Shown here: in pieces, positions 28,635 through 41,500 of the stretch
How the letters are laid out: the number at the start of each line of letters is the position of its first letter
Position numbering within the stretch: position 1 is the first letter of the stretch
NCBI GenBank assembly: GCA_044892525.1
Contig: CM097885.1
Location: 5,210,001-5,274,000 of the forward strand
From: Schmidtea polychroa
Lineage: Eukaryota
Direction: 5' to 3'
Length of the DNA stretch: 64,000 nucleotides
Translations under genes and position numbers: made by a program
Notes under the pieces: model-generated
What the model was told of the DNA's origin: nothing
The model's input: only the letters and a program-made list of their open reading frames with translations
The model's database searches: none

Positions 28635-28975
28635 TTAGTAAATTAGTTTTTTTAAACATTTTGTTTCACAAACGTTAAGGACACAGAAATGATAGTAAAA
28701 ACAAATCTGGGCCGCCACCTCTTGGTCGATCTTCTTCAGGTGGAGTTGGATTTCTAATTTCCGGATTTGGAAACGGAGTGCCTTGATCTCGATTTGGTGT
28801 TGAGCGCTCTGTAGTTGTAGCTGCTGGATCAGCTTCGGGCGCTTTTGCATATCCGTGGGGCTGAACCCTGTGGCTTCCAGTTCCCGGCACCGTCACTTGA
28901 ATTTGGCTATACGGACCTGTAACTTTTCCACTTGTTGTTGAGCCTGCTCATAATCCTTGCGCATGTTTTCCATCA
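28635..28975 (-). pseudogene. diverged coiled-coil ORF homologous to the ORFs at 37550-38295 and 51085-51827; one in-frame stop
   Basis: EKLQVRIAKFK*RCRELEATGFSPTDMQK aligns with KDLQAQIGRYKRKIDELEGTWFSPAQMKE. Confidence 0.65.
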
Positions 28976-29499
28976 GTTTTAATATTAAGTGATATAATAT
29001 TTCAAGATATTTCGTAACGGCATGATACGGAGGTTGGTAGTTCCAATCTATTGCATTCTCTTTAGGTTTATTGATGTTCCTCTTATAACGTACTCCCTTA
29101 CCTAAATGCCGAAGAGGTCATTTCAATATATTAATTTTGTAAGTTGTCATTATAAAGATAAGCTGGGTGGGGATTCATTCAGTTTTTGAAATATTTATTG
29201 ATCCAAATTTCCCATTATTTATTAGGCATGTTTAGTGAAGAAGAAATTTATGCCAACCCTTGTTCGAAGGCTTTCTCCTTATTAATAATGCCAATAGAAA
29301 TCATTAAATCAATTTTCTAAATAATAAAGATTGTATTCATCAAACCAATAAACAATCATTACAACTGTAAAAAGACACATGTCGTAAAAGAAATTTAAAT
29401 AAAACCAGTTGGGTCACGATGGGGTAGGTATAAATACACAAAGATCCTGCTTCAAACTGCAACTAATTAAAAGTCTAAAATTTCTCAGGCGAGAAGGAT

Positions 29500-30420
29500 T
29501 AAGAGAAGCGGATATGACGAGTGAAGCATCTGCTCGCGAGCTCAGTCTTTTGGGACTACTTTTCGGGGTCGTCCCCGTTTTCTAGGAGTGTCCGGTTGAG
29601 GTGGTTGGACTGGTGTCGGGTTGGTAATCGCTCGATCCGGGCCAATTTGGATACCCGTCATCCAGTCAGCCTCGATGCCATGGAGGGCATCTCCAGCCGG
29701 TGCCGGTTATATTGGAGTCAAATTTTATACTTAGTCTCTTTACTTCCCTTAACTGGGTTTCAGTAGTATACTCTTCGCTGACGCCCTGGTTATGGACTTG
29801 GACTTGACCCTTCATTTAGATTTTCTAGGGTCGGTTCCTTTTACTTTCACCCGAACTATCCTGGGTGGTATTTGTCCTTCTCTGGGGTTCGTTGGAAGAG
29901 ACTGATTCTGGTTGTAAGGTGTTGATTTAATTTTTTTATGTAATTGATGAGCGTAATGGTTTCATTTACCTTTTCTATGTGATTTGTCTAAGAAGATGTA
30001 CGATTGGGAAATTTGATGATTCTCAGACGATGGTTCCCGTCTTGGCGAGTACTAGGTTCATGGTACTGCTCATTGTTGATCTAAACTTGTATTCCTCAAA
30101 TGTAGATGTGATTATTATGCCAAATAATATGTGCCCTGCCTTTTGTTTTGTTATATAAATTGGTGCAAGTAAAGAGTTTAATTATATTTGAAATTTTCCA
30201 CTAACCAAAGGTGTTATAATTTGTCGTTTCTCTCTTTCCCTAAACAGATTTTCGGGTGGTATGGTCGGAATTTGGCGACCTGCAGCGATGGTTAGAGTCG
30301 GGTCACGGTTTATCAAGCCTACGACGATGGGATTGACGAAAAGTTAGGTTTTCTTACATAGAGGGGTTCCTCTGGTGTTATTGATAGAACGGCTGTGATT
30401 GGATGGAATTTGGGAGGTGG
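29500..30420 (-). mobile_element. decayed retroelement-like internal sequence
   Basis: GC-richer, multiply interrupted frames among LTR relics; family not determinable. Confidence 0.3.
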
Positions 30421-30428
30421 GTGTAAGG

Positions 30429-31514
30429 CAGTGGTTCTCAACCCGTGTTCCGCGAAAAAAATGACATTTTATCTTTAAATTTGCATTTAAGATACAAATC
30501 ATCAAAAACCTCAATTAATTTTTTCATGAGATGATTCAATAAGAAAGCCGTTACACAGATATATAAACATACAAATATAAAAGTGTTTTTTTTGCTTGCT
30601 ATTGTTGCGCGTGGAATTTTCTTTGCTTATAAGAAGGCATTGTTTACGTTTACGACAAATTTATTGCGTTGGGTTTTTAATGGAAAGTCGGCTATCTCTC
30701 TGACTCCTCATGTTCTTATTCAGCTAAATAACTCAAACCCAACACAGAATAATTTTTATTAAATCTTTATCACAATTACAATTTGTCACTATTTGCACAT
30801 TTCTCTCTCTGATAATTTCCACTCGAGAAGGTAGAAAAACCCAAGGGGTGATCACCTTTCTGGTTCGAGTCTTACTATATTTCTCCTTCAAATTATTGAT
30901 CGCCGGACTGTACTTCTTTGTTTTCTTTTTTCTCTCTTAGTCCAAATGGCGGCTTGTTCACTCCTGAGCTTTCTTTTTATACATAAGAGGCCAATTATTT
31001 AGAAAATTGCGCTAAATTATCCTAAATCAATAATGTTGGGTTTCTAATTTGTTTACCTTTGATTAGGGCTCAAAATATTCCTGTTTTTATCTCACTTCTC
31101 GGGTCTCACTGCGAATCGGGTTTCCCATGGGCTCGGGCTTCCTATTGGCTCGGGGTTTCCATTACCGATCAATTAATTTTAATTAATTTGTTTTTTCGGA
31201 TTAACTTTCCCTGTGAACACCTTATTAATTTTTTATTATAATTTCTGAACTCGTCTATCAATTTGGCGTTCAACCATACCCGATACTCCGGTTTAATATT
31301 GAGTTTTGATTTTAATTAATTTTCCACTTTTATTGCTTTTACCCATTTTTGTTATGCTTTCGTATTATATATGAATTTTTGGTTTTTGCGCTAACCCCAA
31401 CAATAGTAATTTGCGATTGGTCACTCATTGTGGGCAAGTATTTTTTTCAGTGTTCCAAGTATAAAAAATCATGTGAATGGTGTTCCGCGCTTTTATATTA
31501 ATTGAGAACCACTA
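30429..31514. mobile_element. non-autonomous hAT (Buster/Charlie-type) element carrying a nested solo LTR
   Basis: Ends CAGTGGTTCTCAA and TTGAGAACCACTA, subterminal GTGTTCCGCG at both ends, imperfect 8-bp TSD GTGTAAGG/GAGTAAAG with central TA. Confidence 0.75.
30667..31402 (-). mobile_element. solo LTR
   Basis: (C)GTTGGG...CCCCAACA with flanks ATTG/ATAG. Shares the GCTCGGG..TTTCCATTA.C..AATTAATT motif with the LTR at 48887-49837. Confidence 0.7.
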
Positions 31515-32837
31515 GAGTAAAGGGTATTTCGTAATCGATATTTATCTGACGATCATCAGGTCAATGGGGGAGGGAGGGGTGTTACTAAAAATAAGGCTTA
31601 TTATTCCTCCAGATTTTATTGGATTTGTAGGGTTTTTGATACTAAACCTAGTAACATAATTGGGCATAGGATTATTAATTACAATACTAGATAATAAAAT
31701 TTGAATGAACATACTAAGTGTGATGTCATTAATACAATAAATCTTGACAATAATAAAATATAAATAAACATAATAATCCAATGAGACTTTTATTTGGTAA
31801 AGCAAATTGTAATTGTAGAGTTACGGAAATAGTAGACTTCCCCCTAATACGTATGATAACTGGAATAATCCAGAATACTCTTGTAAAGGGTGACCGGTTA
31901 ATGAACCTACCAGTCGTCATTCTAGTGATGATATAGTGATTAATGATGCGTAAATGTTGCAGTAATAATACTAGAAACGGTTATTCAAAATCCTTTTTAG
32001 TAATTATGGTGAAAGAGACTGTTGACAAATTTATTAAAAATCCTAAGGATCCATGTTTGAGAAAATCTGGTTGTGATCTTGTTGAGATGTGTGAGTCTGA
32101 TGAGTTAAAATCTGGGTGTGATTTTGTTGAAGTGTGTGAGTCTGATGAGTTAAATAAATTAAATAGTGTGAGCAAGGATGATGAGCCTAAATTTGTGCTA
32201 GTATTGCGTACTCAGAAGGTTTTAAGGATTTTTAAGTGAAGATAAGAAAGCAGTTAGGGAATTTAAACTATAGGATAATGTCAACTTTATGGAAAGTACG
32301 CAATATGTTTATTAATAAGTCAAAAACTCCGGTTGAATTGTGTTCCGATCTCGTTTATCAGTTTACATGTAATGGGTGTAATGCCACATACATTGGAGAG
32401 GCTTCCCGTCATCTCTGTATTCGAGCTCGAGAACATTGTAGACCGAAGGCTTTGACCCATATTGGTGAGCACAATAAGGGCTGTAAGATTAAAATAGGTA
32501 TGTCTGATTTTAAAATTTTAATAAAAAATTTCGATAATTATTGGGAACGTGTGATTTGTGAGGCGTTGTTGATAAAATCATTGAATCCAAAAATTAATGT
32601 GCAGAATGCAGTAAATACTTGTGTGTTGAGTGTTTTTAAATAAGTTTTTAAATAGGTTTTTTATATTGTATGTATTGATTGTTGTATTAAATTAAATAAT
32701 TACTAAAAATTTTTTAAATTATTAAATTAAATTTTAAATGTTTAAATTTAAAAAAAAAATAATATATTTTTTTTATAAAATAAAAATTTTTTTTATATAT
32801 AATTAATAAATTTGTTTCAAATCCTTAATTTACATAG

Positions 32838-33945
32838 CTCATGAATCGTGAGCAACGTAATTATTTATTTGATTTCTTGCGTCCTCAGCACAATATGTTC
32901 AGTTATTTCACCAAACTTGTTGAACAATTTACCAAAATTTTGTTACCTCCAAATGATATCATTGAAAAACTTAATAAAGAATCTAAAAGCCCAGAAATAT
33001 TCATGAAAAATTGTAAATATCGTGTATCCTGGGATCGGTATCAGGAAAGGCAGCGTAAAAAGGAAATGGAGGCTGAAGACAAAGAAAGGGTTGCTTATGG
33101 ACAAATTGATTGGTATGATTTTTTTGTTGTGGAAATGGTAGATTATCAACCTAATGAAGTTGGAAACTTTCCCCCACCTACAATTCCAGAAGAGGTTGGA
33201 GCAAGAGCGATTGCTGAAGAAAGAGGAGAACAAGTTGTTAATAAGTGGATTGAGGATAATAAAACACAACAAGAAGAAGAAGTTGAGGAGGAAGAAGAGG
33301 AAGAAATTGAAGAAGAGAAAATTCGTCAAACTGGTGTTCATGGTGATAAGGAAAACGATGACATGGAAGTGGAAGACATGGAGGTGAGTGATGAAGAGGA
33401 AGATTCAATCCCTGCTCCTCCTCCACCAATGCCGCTTGGTTCAACTGGAACATTCAAACAGCCTGTTAGCGATGCAGCTAGAACAAATCTCATCAAACCG
33501 GAAGAAGTCCTCATTAAACCTTACGATCCGAAATCGAAATCTAAGAAACAAAATGATGAAGTAATTTATTTTCATTTTACTATGTTCCGTTTTTCAATTA
33601 TTCCAATGATATTTGCTTGTTTATTTGTCCGTTTCCATCCAGGTATTCCTGATCTCACCACTCGGCGATAACAAGAAGATCACGACGAGCCAAGCCAATC
33701 AGCACACTCTTGTCGGCCTATTGAATCCCTCGTGGCGAGAGCACCGAGACCGCAACACCAAGAACAAATCGCAAGAGGACACGCCGTTCACATCGGGCCC
33801 GAATGTCGATTACAATCTGAAAATGATGGCGGAGCGTCGAACGGATATATTCGGTATCGAGGAAACCGTAATCGGGCGGAAGGTAGGAGAGGAGGACGCT
33901 AAGAAGGGTGAGAAATATATCTGGGACGGTCACGCCGCGACACAG
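32838..33945 (+). pseudogene. SF3A1: internal fragment of splicing factor 3A subunit 1 (end of second SURP domain through Prp21-like region), one intron at 33561-33642
   Basis: LMNREQRNYLFDFLRPQH..YFTKLVEQFTKILLPP, AYGQIDWYDFFVVE, GNFPPPT, LISP, MAERRTDIFGIEETVIGRKVGEE, WDGH. Phase-0 GT-AG intron. N-terminal SURP1 and C-terminal ubiquitin-like domain not seen. Confidence 0.9.
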
Positions 33946-33975
33946 GAACCATTAATCTCTAGGCAATCCGATATC

Positions 33976-34016
33976 TCACCTGATGATGACAGGAAAACTG
34001 TCGAAATTAATCGTGA
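33976..34016 (+). ncRNA. minimal type I hammerhead ribozyme (second copy)
   Basis: tcac-CTGATGA-t-GACAG gaaaa CTGTC-GAAA-ttaa-TC-gtga. Confidence 0.85.
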
Positions 34017-34443
34017 AAAGAATGTTTGATTGGCGTTATCTTATAATTAAATCATTGCCATGTATGTTTAACTATTTAAACTATTTTAACTATTTAAAGA
34101 AATTAAAAAAATATAATAAATTAAAAAGTAATAATTAGAATAATATAGAAAAATTTAAAAAAATAGGATTTGAAAATCAAAATTGACACATTTATTGAAA
34201 TATTTAAATAACATATATAAGTGGTTATTGGAGGCTTTATTTAGAATATTTTCAAATATTTTATTACGCTTCTAGAAGCTAATTATAGAAGCTGTATAAA
34301 AAAAATTTAAAAATTTTTAGTTCGTGTCATTTCGAATTTATAAATGTAATTAAAAATTTTAAAAGTTTTTAGTAAAACAAATGAGAATTAAGAGAAAGGA
34401 AATAAAAGAAAGATTGAAAGGTATTTTGGGAAGAACATTGCTA

Positions 34444-34771
<328 letters not shown>

Positions 34772-35139
34772 TCAAAAATCCCAGGCTTTATCATTTATTT
34801 TATAATACAATATGACAATCCAACTAAAACCTTACATTCTAAAATTTTGAATCTTAATTTGTATCAATTTTGATGGCGATTTTTTTATTTATTTTGTTTT
34901 CTAATTTTTATATTTTTAATTAATTTCACCACCATAATGAATATAGGCGTTTTCAAAAATATTCTTTGTTGTTTCAGAGATTTTACTAAATAATTCCTAT
35001 TTAATTAAATCCTTATGTCATTTCAGGTAAGTTTTTTGCTAATTTAATTCTTAAATTTTTATCTTTTTGTTAATTTCCACTAACTACTTGGATGCAATGA
35101 AGAATTTCACATTTTTATAAAATATTCTAGTTTTCTACC

Positions 35140-35340
35140 ATAGATCTGTCATGGTAGATCTAAGTTTGATAAATCTAAAATTTTGAAAGAATACATTGTT
35201 CTATTTATCTATCTGTCAAATTTCAGCTCGATCCTATCACAGGAAGTGAATCAATTTACCGCCGCAAGATTTACGTAGCCTATACAAACATTCAAACATT
35301 CAAACATACATACATAGTGAAGTTAATATAGAGAGTTTGA
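35140..35340 (+). mobile_element. Helentron-associated (HINE/DINE-like) short element
   Basis: AAATTTCAGCTCGATCCTATCACAGGAAGT, an internal CAAA/CATA microsatellite, then GTGAAGTTAATATA. Confidence 0.45.
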
Positions 35341-35519
35341 AAAAAGTAGTTTTTTCTCTTCTCGTTTTATTCCGCGACGCCTTAAATGAATTAAATGAAT
35401 TCAGTAAAAGATATTTTATTAAATAATTAATTATTTATTGATTGATGAATTAATTAATCAACAATAAAAATGTTGACAAATCTCATGTCGATGAGAAGCT
35501 GTATTGAACAGTAACCTTT

Positions 35520-38500
35520 ATGAATCTCAATACCTTGAACATTAATGAAGGATGGCCGACCCAGTCTCAGTTCTATTATAATAATTTGAAAACAAATAAT
35601 GGTAATTATGATAATTTCTCCATTGATAACAACACAAAAAATAATAATTATGATGCTGGACATTCACCTAGCATCTTCAACTATCCCTGCGACAATGACC
35701 CACCATCCGAGGCATTTTACAACAGGAAGTATCAGCCAGTCGATCAAGAAATCGAGGAATACACCGTCAATGATAAAAAATCAAAACAATATTCGACAAC
35801 TTTTAACGCTGACCCGAACTTTTGCGCTCTGGACACGTGTAATTCGAACTGCCCGATAAGTTCCCGGAACTCTTACATTGCCAATTATGGAAATTATCCC
35901 ATAACCTCAGGAACTTCCCAACATTCTCGAAATTCTTCTATAAATGAAAACTTCGGAGATAAGAAATTTATTTCTGAAATCCACATCAACATTAAGGAAC
36001 CTTGTCTTGGAGAGGTTGACAATAGATCTACGAGCAACTTGTATTCGAAATTCCCAAACGATTTTACGAGTTTCTCTAAGATTCCCGATAATAACAACCA
36101 CCAAACGGGTTATCACATCTCAAATTTTGAAACATTTATTTCCAATCAACACAACGAAATTGAAATTCCTATAAGGAGTCGAACGGTACTATCAGAGCTT
36201 AGGTCATCCTCACAAAGTCCAAACCGGAAACGCGAATGTCATCATTCGGAAAAGTTCATTTATCTTGGGTGTGATGCGCAATTGACTCCTCAAATTTCTG
36301 ACGGAAATAACGATATAAATAGCTACAATTCGCAATTTTTTTATGATAAAAACCTTCAAAAACCTCTCTATACTCGTTCTAGGTGTTCCGATATCAATGA
36401 CGATTTGAAATCCTTTTCAACAAAATCAGTTCAAACTTCCAGAAAAATAGATTGCATTTTCAAGTCCACCTGTGATCGTTCAATGGTAACCGATGTTGTG
36501 GAAGAGGTGAACCAAAAATCCAAAGAGGTTACTTTAAACTAAATTTCGATAGTATATTTAGGATTTAGGGGTTTTATATTCAAACGGTAAATTATAACTT
36601 CTAGTCGGATAAGGATTTTTTACATTTAATGAACTTCGGTTTAAAAACGGTTATTAATTTTTACTTTATCTCGCACTTCATATGTTCACCTCTTACCCTA
36701 ATGAAAACTCCCAACAAAATATTAATTTATTATCGATATCTCAATTTGACAAGATCTAATTATAATGAATTACAACTTCACCACAATTTGATAAACCACA
36801 AATAATTTGCATTCTTGATCACAAGGCTTGTCACTTGGAGGAGCGTTTCTATAATTACGTGACGCAGCTTTTGACACCCGATTTCAGTGAATTCTCTTTA
36901 ACAAAACGTTATTGTCTTTGAGAGAGAGTGAGAGATGACCTCAGAACATATATGCCCCACTAGGTATAGAATTGAATATCCCATTTTTTGAAATCCTCCT
37001 GGGATCCATGTGCTGGGGTACCACTCGGTTGAATCCGTTCACGTTAACTCTTCTCTCTAAGGGATGATTGTCCAATTGCGCTAAATAACCACTCATCCTT
37101 CAACTCCGAGCAGGACCCTGCACAACCTATCCTCCAACATAGTGCCCGTGAATTGCTTCACGTTGGAACTGCACTATGCCGGCGAGACGCCAGTAAGCAG
37201 GTGAGCCCCTTCCTTAGGACTACTCCTTACGGAGGCCTCGACTTCCCATTCACGACTGCCGATAGAAGGGCTTACGTCCATTCACATTACACAACCGTTT
37301 ATCCGAATTTCGTTAAATGCAAAATGGGGATTATTTACTAGATCTCGAAGACTTTCAGCTCATCACACTTAATCAAAGTCAGACTACTCATGAGAGAAAA
37401 CGCATAAAACAACAAAATTTTTTGATTTCAATATTATGACACAGAAATTCAACTATACACATTACGATGTACTTCAAAGGAAAAGAAAAGCACCACAACA
37501 AATGTAGATGGAATTGTCGGTAATCACTATGAACGTTCACCGCGGTTTCTCATTTCTCCCCTTCGGTGTCGGCGAGTAATTCGTCCAAATCAAAGAACTC
37601 GGAGGTATTTTCCTCCCATGTCACGACAGCTGCTGAGATAATTCGTGCTGGGGGCCCTGTAGTTAGGTCTATGGATACGTGAGAACTACCGACGTTGGTT
37701 GGATTTTCCGTTGAGGGGTCGTTCGACTTCGTTGATGCGCGCTCGCGCTGCCTCTTCTTGCGCTCGGCACGTGACAGCTGTCGACGCTTGGGTTTTGAAG
37801 CTGTAGAGTTGTTCAGCGATGCGACAGACGTAGATGCGACATTAGGTTGCGCTTTACTAGTTCCCGTAAAAATAACATCCAGACGTTTCGGTGAAAGTTC
37901 AGTTTCCACGTACTCACGACAAGATCGTTTAAACGGAGATGAGGACTTTGAGGTGTCATGGTGCACTGGGAATAAATTGTCATTTTCGTTTATAGGAATC
38001 TGCACGATCTTCTTAGTTGTTGTGGCTTGTATATATACCTTATGTAGAGCTTCGGATTGCTCTTTAATCAGGCTTCGTTGGGAGCGGCTCTCGGAGATTA
38101 GAGCGTCCCGACAATGCTCGCTGCGATAGAGTTTCTTCTGAGTTTCTTTCATTTGAGCAGGACTAAACCATGTCCCTCTAGCTCGTCTATTTTCCTCTTA
38201 TAACGCCCTATCTGAGCTTGAAGATCCTTGATTACTACATTCTTGTCGGAACAAGAAAAGCAAGGTTTGAGGACTGGTCTTGTATTTGGTATCATATCTG
38301 ATTGCTATAAAGAAAACAAGGCTAAAATAAATCAACTAATTTATGAAGTCCTCATTCCGACTCAATCATTCCTTAACTAAGACAGATATTCCTACAGTGA
38401 AGAAATGAGATTGATTTAACAAGAGAAATGTTTCCAGTCTAACAACCTTTGGGTTCCATCCGAATTAATTATCCTCAAGCAAATTAGCGGGTCATGTATG

Positions 38501-41500
38501 ACTTTACCTTACAGGGCAGTGCATTATAGTTAAGAAATGGAATTTCGATGTTCGAGTATGACTATTCATAAAGATTTGGTAGAAGGTTAATGACATTCCG
38601 CAAATTCCAGAAAATTAGATATTACAATTACTTTACCAAAAGGAAAATTATTCATTACGCAAAATTTAATAGCGTCCGCAGTTTAACCCATTTTAATTAA
38701 TTACTTAACATAATTGTTAAATAAAAATTCAAAAGTTAGAATTGACATATGTAATTATCCTCATTCGGTTATCCGCAGCTTGTGTGAGTTTCTCGGTGGT
38801 CGATGATTTTTTTATCTAGTCATTGGAGATTACAGGCTACGCGCCGGGTGAATTTCTATGTGAAATCGTTTGCTGTGCCTTCACCTGCTGCTGAGTCGCA
38901 TCACAAAAATCATCTAATGGGTGCTACTCGTGGAAAATTCTCACGTAATCACATTCCATAATCACTGTATTAGCACTACTGTGTACCGACATATGGATTC
39001 ACTGCTTGTAATCCGTATCTTTGCATTTTACACATTTTTACCTCATGGAAATTCAGTGAGCATTCTGGGTTAGAGTCTCTACTAGTACATTATACTGTGC
39101 AAATTTTGATCTTATGTGGAAAATTGAAACTTCAAATCCGTTCTTGTCGCTCTGGTTGGATACATTATTTCTGCGGACAATTTATCAAGCTATTCCGGGT
39201 GTCTTTACGAATCTCAACACGTTGACGGCTACCATTTTGGACGTGGAACAAAGGAAATCTCCTATACTATGACTCAAAATACCGGTGTTTCAAAAAAAAA
39301 AAAACAAACAATTTTCCTCTTGTGATTAAATAAAAGATTTCATGAATATATCGTTTTGTCTCTCAGTTGAACTTTTATGATCGTGCGGTATCCTATTTTA
39401 TAGTAATGCTATGGTCAGAGTAAATATTCTAAAACTAATTTCGTTATTGAAACTGAGTGTGAGTGGTAGGTGCGAGCGAGAAAATGATTTGCAGATAGAT
39501 GATGAGTATTTTATTAACGATATTCCAATGATAATGAAGTTTTTAGCTACGAGTACTATGAAGTGGTTGCAGAAGTGAAAATTTTTTAGACTCACTCAGT
39601 CATTATGAAGCGCATAACTCATTTTCTCTCGATCTTAAGATACCAATTTTCACTTTACCGTCTTACTCGAATTTTAAGTCGCCTTCAGCGATTGGACCCG
39701 TGAAGAAACCTTCACATTTCGGCCCAATCTAGCTGCGTGATTGAAAAACTCCATGTCCACAGGCTGAGCTCCCGAAGGCACCTCACACCATGACATGAAG
39801 TATCTCAACTCCACGTTGCTCATCAAGTTAAAAGCATGAAACAACAAATCATGAAAATCAAATCATAAAACTTTGCAATAAATCATTTATTATTATTAAA
39901 TACTTTTAGACATTCGAAAATTTTATTGTTACGACGGATCAAATGAAAAGAACGAATGTTAACCTCAAAATTTTAGTTATTCATTAAATAAATATAATTA
40001 CCATTAACTTGTAAAACAAACAAAGTAAAATAAAATCTCCTTACTATCGAGTTAAGTAATTAGGCTGAATCGAAAATTCTCGCTGTGTCCAGTAAATGAA
40101 TTGTCTAATTCGAAATTAGTTGTTCCGTGTGCTAGTTGATGAGTATACTGTAATCGATTTTGTTCTCCGGTAAGTTGTTGTTGTCCACTAGTGTATTTCC
40201 TGATTGAATATCTTGATTTATCGTGTTGGATCTATAGTAGGTTGAAATTAACATTAAACAAATTTTGAACTCGGCTTACCTATAGTAGGTTGAAATTAAC
40301 ATTAACTTAAGTGAGTTTTACATTCCCTTATATAGTAATTTGGCGTTTATGCGGACCAATCAAAATTGAGTACCGCTTATTTTAATTAATTTAATTTCTT
40401 TTTCCTGTTTTTGATTATATCTTCTTGCTTTTCTTATTTTTCTTATATTTTTTATTTATTCTTTTAATTTCTTCAATATTTATTACATTTTACATCATTT
40501 TGTCTGTTAATCTATTTCCTATTTTTAATTTTCTTATTTTATTATTTTGTTTTAATTCTTATTTTTTGAATTATTGTTTTTCTTATTTCTTATTCTGTTT
40601 TATTCTTAAATTGTTTATTTTATTCTTATTTTCTTTACTATCTTATTTGTCCTATTTTTCTTATTTTTCAACAATTACGTTTTCGACTCAGCCCAACACA
40701 TGTGTCCCACTAGGCGCGACAGGGTTACCTATATATAAACATATTTCACATCAGTTGAAAATTTATTATATTTTTGAGTGATAAAATCAAAATGTTTTTT
40801 ACTCATTTATTGTTTCATGTTCTGTAGGAGTCGAAAGAAAAGCCAAATAAAATACTTGTGGAGGAGGAAAATTCTGAAAATTCAGCCTCACCAGAATCGG
40901 AAAATGAAAGTTTATCATCGGAACATTTTTCAGAAATAAAATACCAAAAATATCAAATTCGAATAGAAAAGTCAGAAAATGTCAAACATGTAAGCCCGGT
41001 TGAGAAAAAGTTACCAAAGCCAAACACAAAAGGCCCCGTGAAAAATGTTTATCAACATGTCGAGGACGCGAACCAAGACACCTTTGCTGGAAGTTATTCA
41101 GAGTCATTTTCAGAATCGAATGAGCTTAACGAATTGCCTGTAAAGGACAAACCAATAATTATTGAAAAACCAAAAGAAGAACCGCTGAAAATTCTTTCGA
41201 ATAAAATAGACATAAAAAAACCTGCAACCATTAAAACAAACGTCGCAGTTGGAAGTAATAAGTCAATCCAAAAAAATAAACCAAGAAAAGGCTTTTCCGA
41301 ACGAAAGGATACTTTAAAGAATAAGGAGAAAAACTGTTGTTTTAATGAGGCGAAACAAAATCATGTTAGTCGGGAAGATACAGAAAGACACTCTTTCGAA
41401 ATTCAGTGTTTACTTGATAACCTTAACACCCACCTTCAGAATACAGTCAACTCTCACAATAAACCTTCAAAGACGAGCTCGTCGAAATTACAAAACAATC

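Larger units (their letters stand above)
31960..34049 (+). mobile_element. 5'-truncated Penelope-like element (thumb/linker, GIY-YIG, 3' UTR, hammerhead) interrupted by an SF3A1 fragment
   Basis: NGYSKSF.., LVYQFTCNGCNATYIGEASRHL..EH..EALLIK..P.IN. The 3' UTR is collinear with 290-505 on both sides of the insert. Confidence 0.9.

Noticed and set aside
31520..31562. Possible minus-strand hammerhead (CTGATGA...GAAA)
   Set aside because: No convincing stem II or stem I/III pairing.
32943..33453. Antisense and alternate-frame ORFs over SF3A1, and similar ones over ABC-F, TRAF and the pogo transposase
   Set aside because: Shadows of the real coding frames.
40425..40781. Hydrophobic F/L/I-rich ORF resembling a membrane protein (also 4825-5106)
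   Set aside because: Translation of T-rich low-complexity or LTR sequence.
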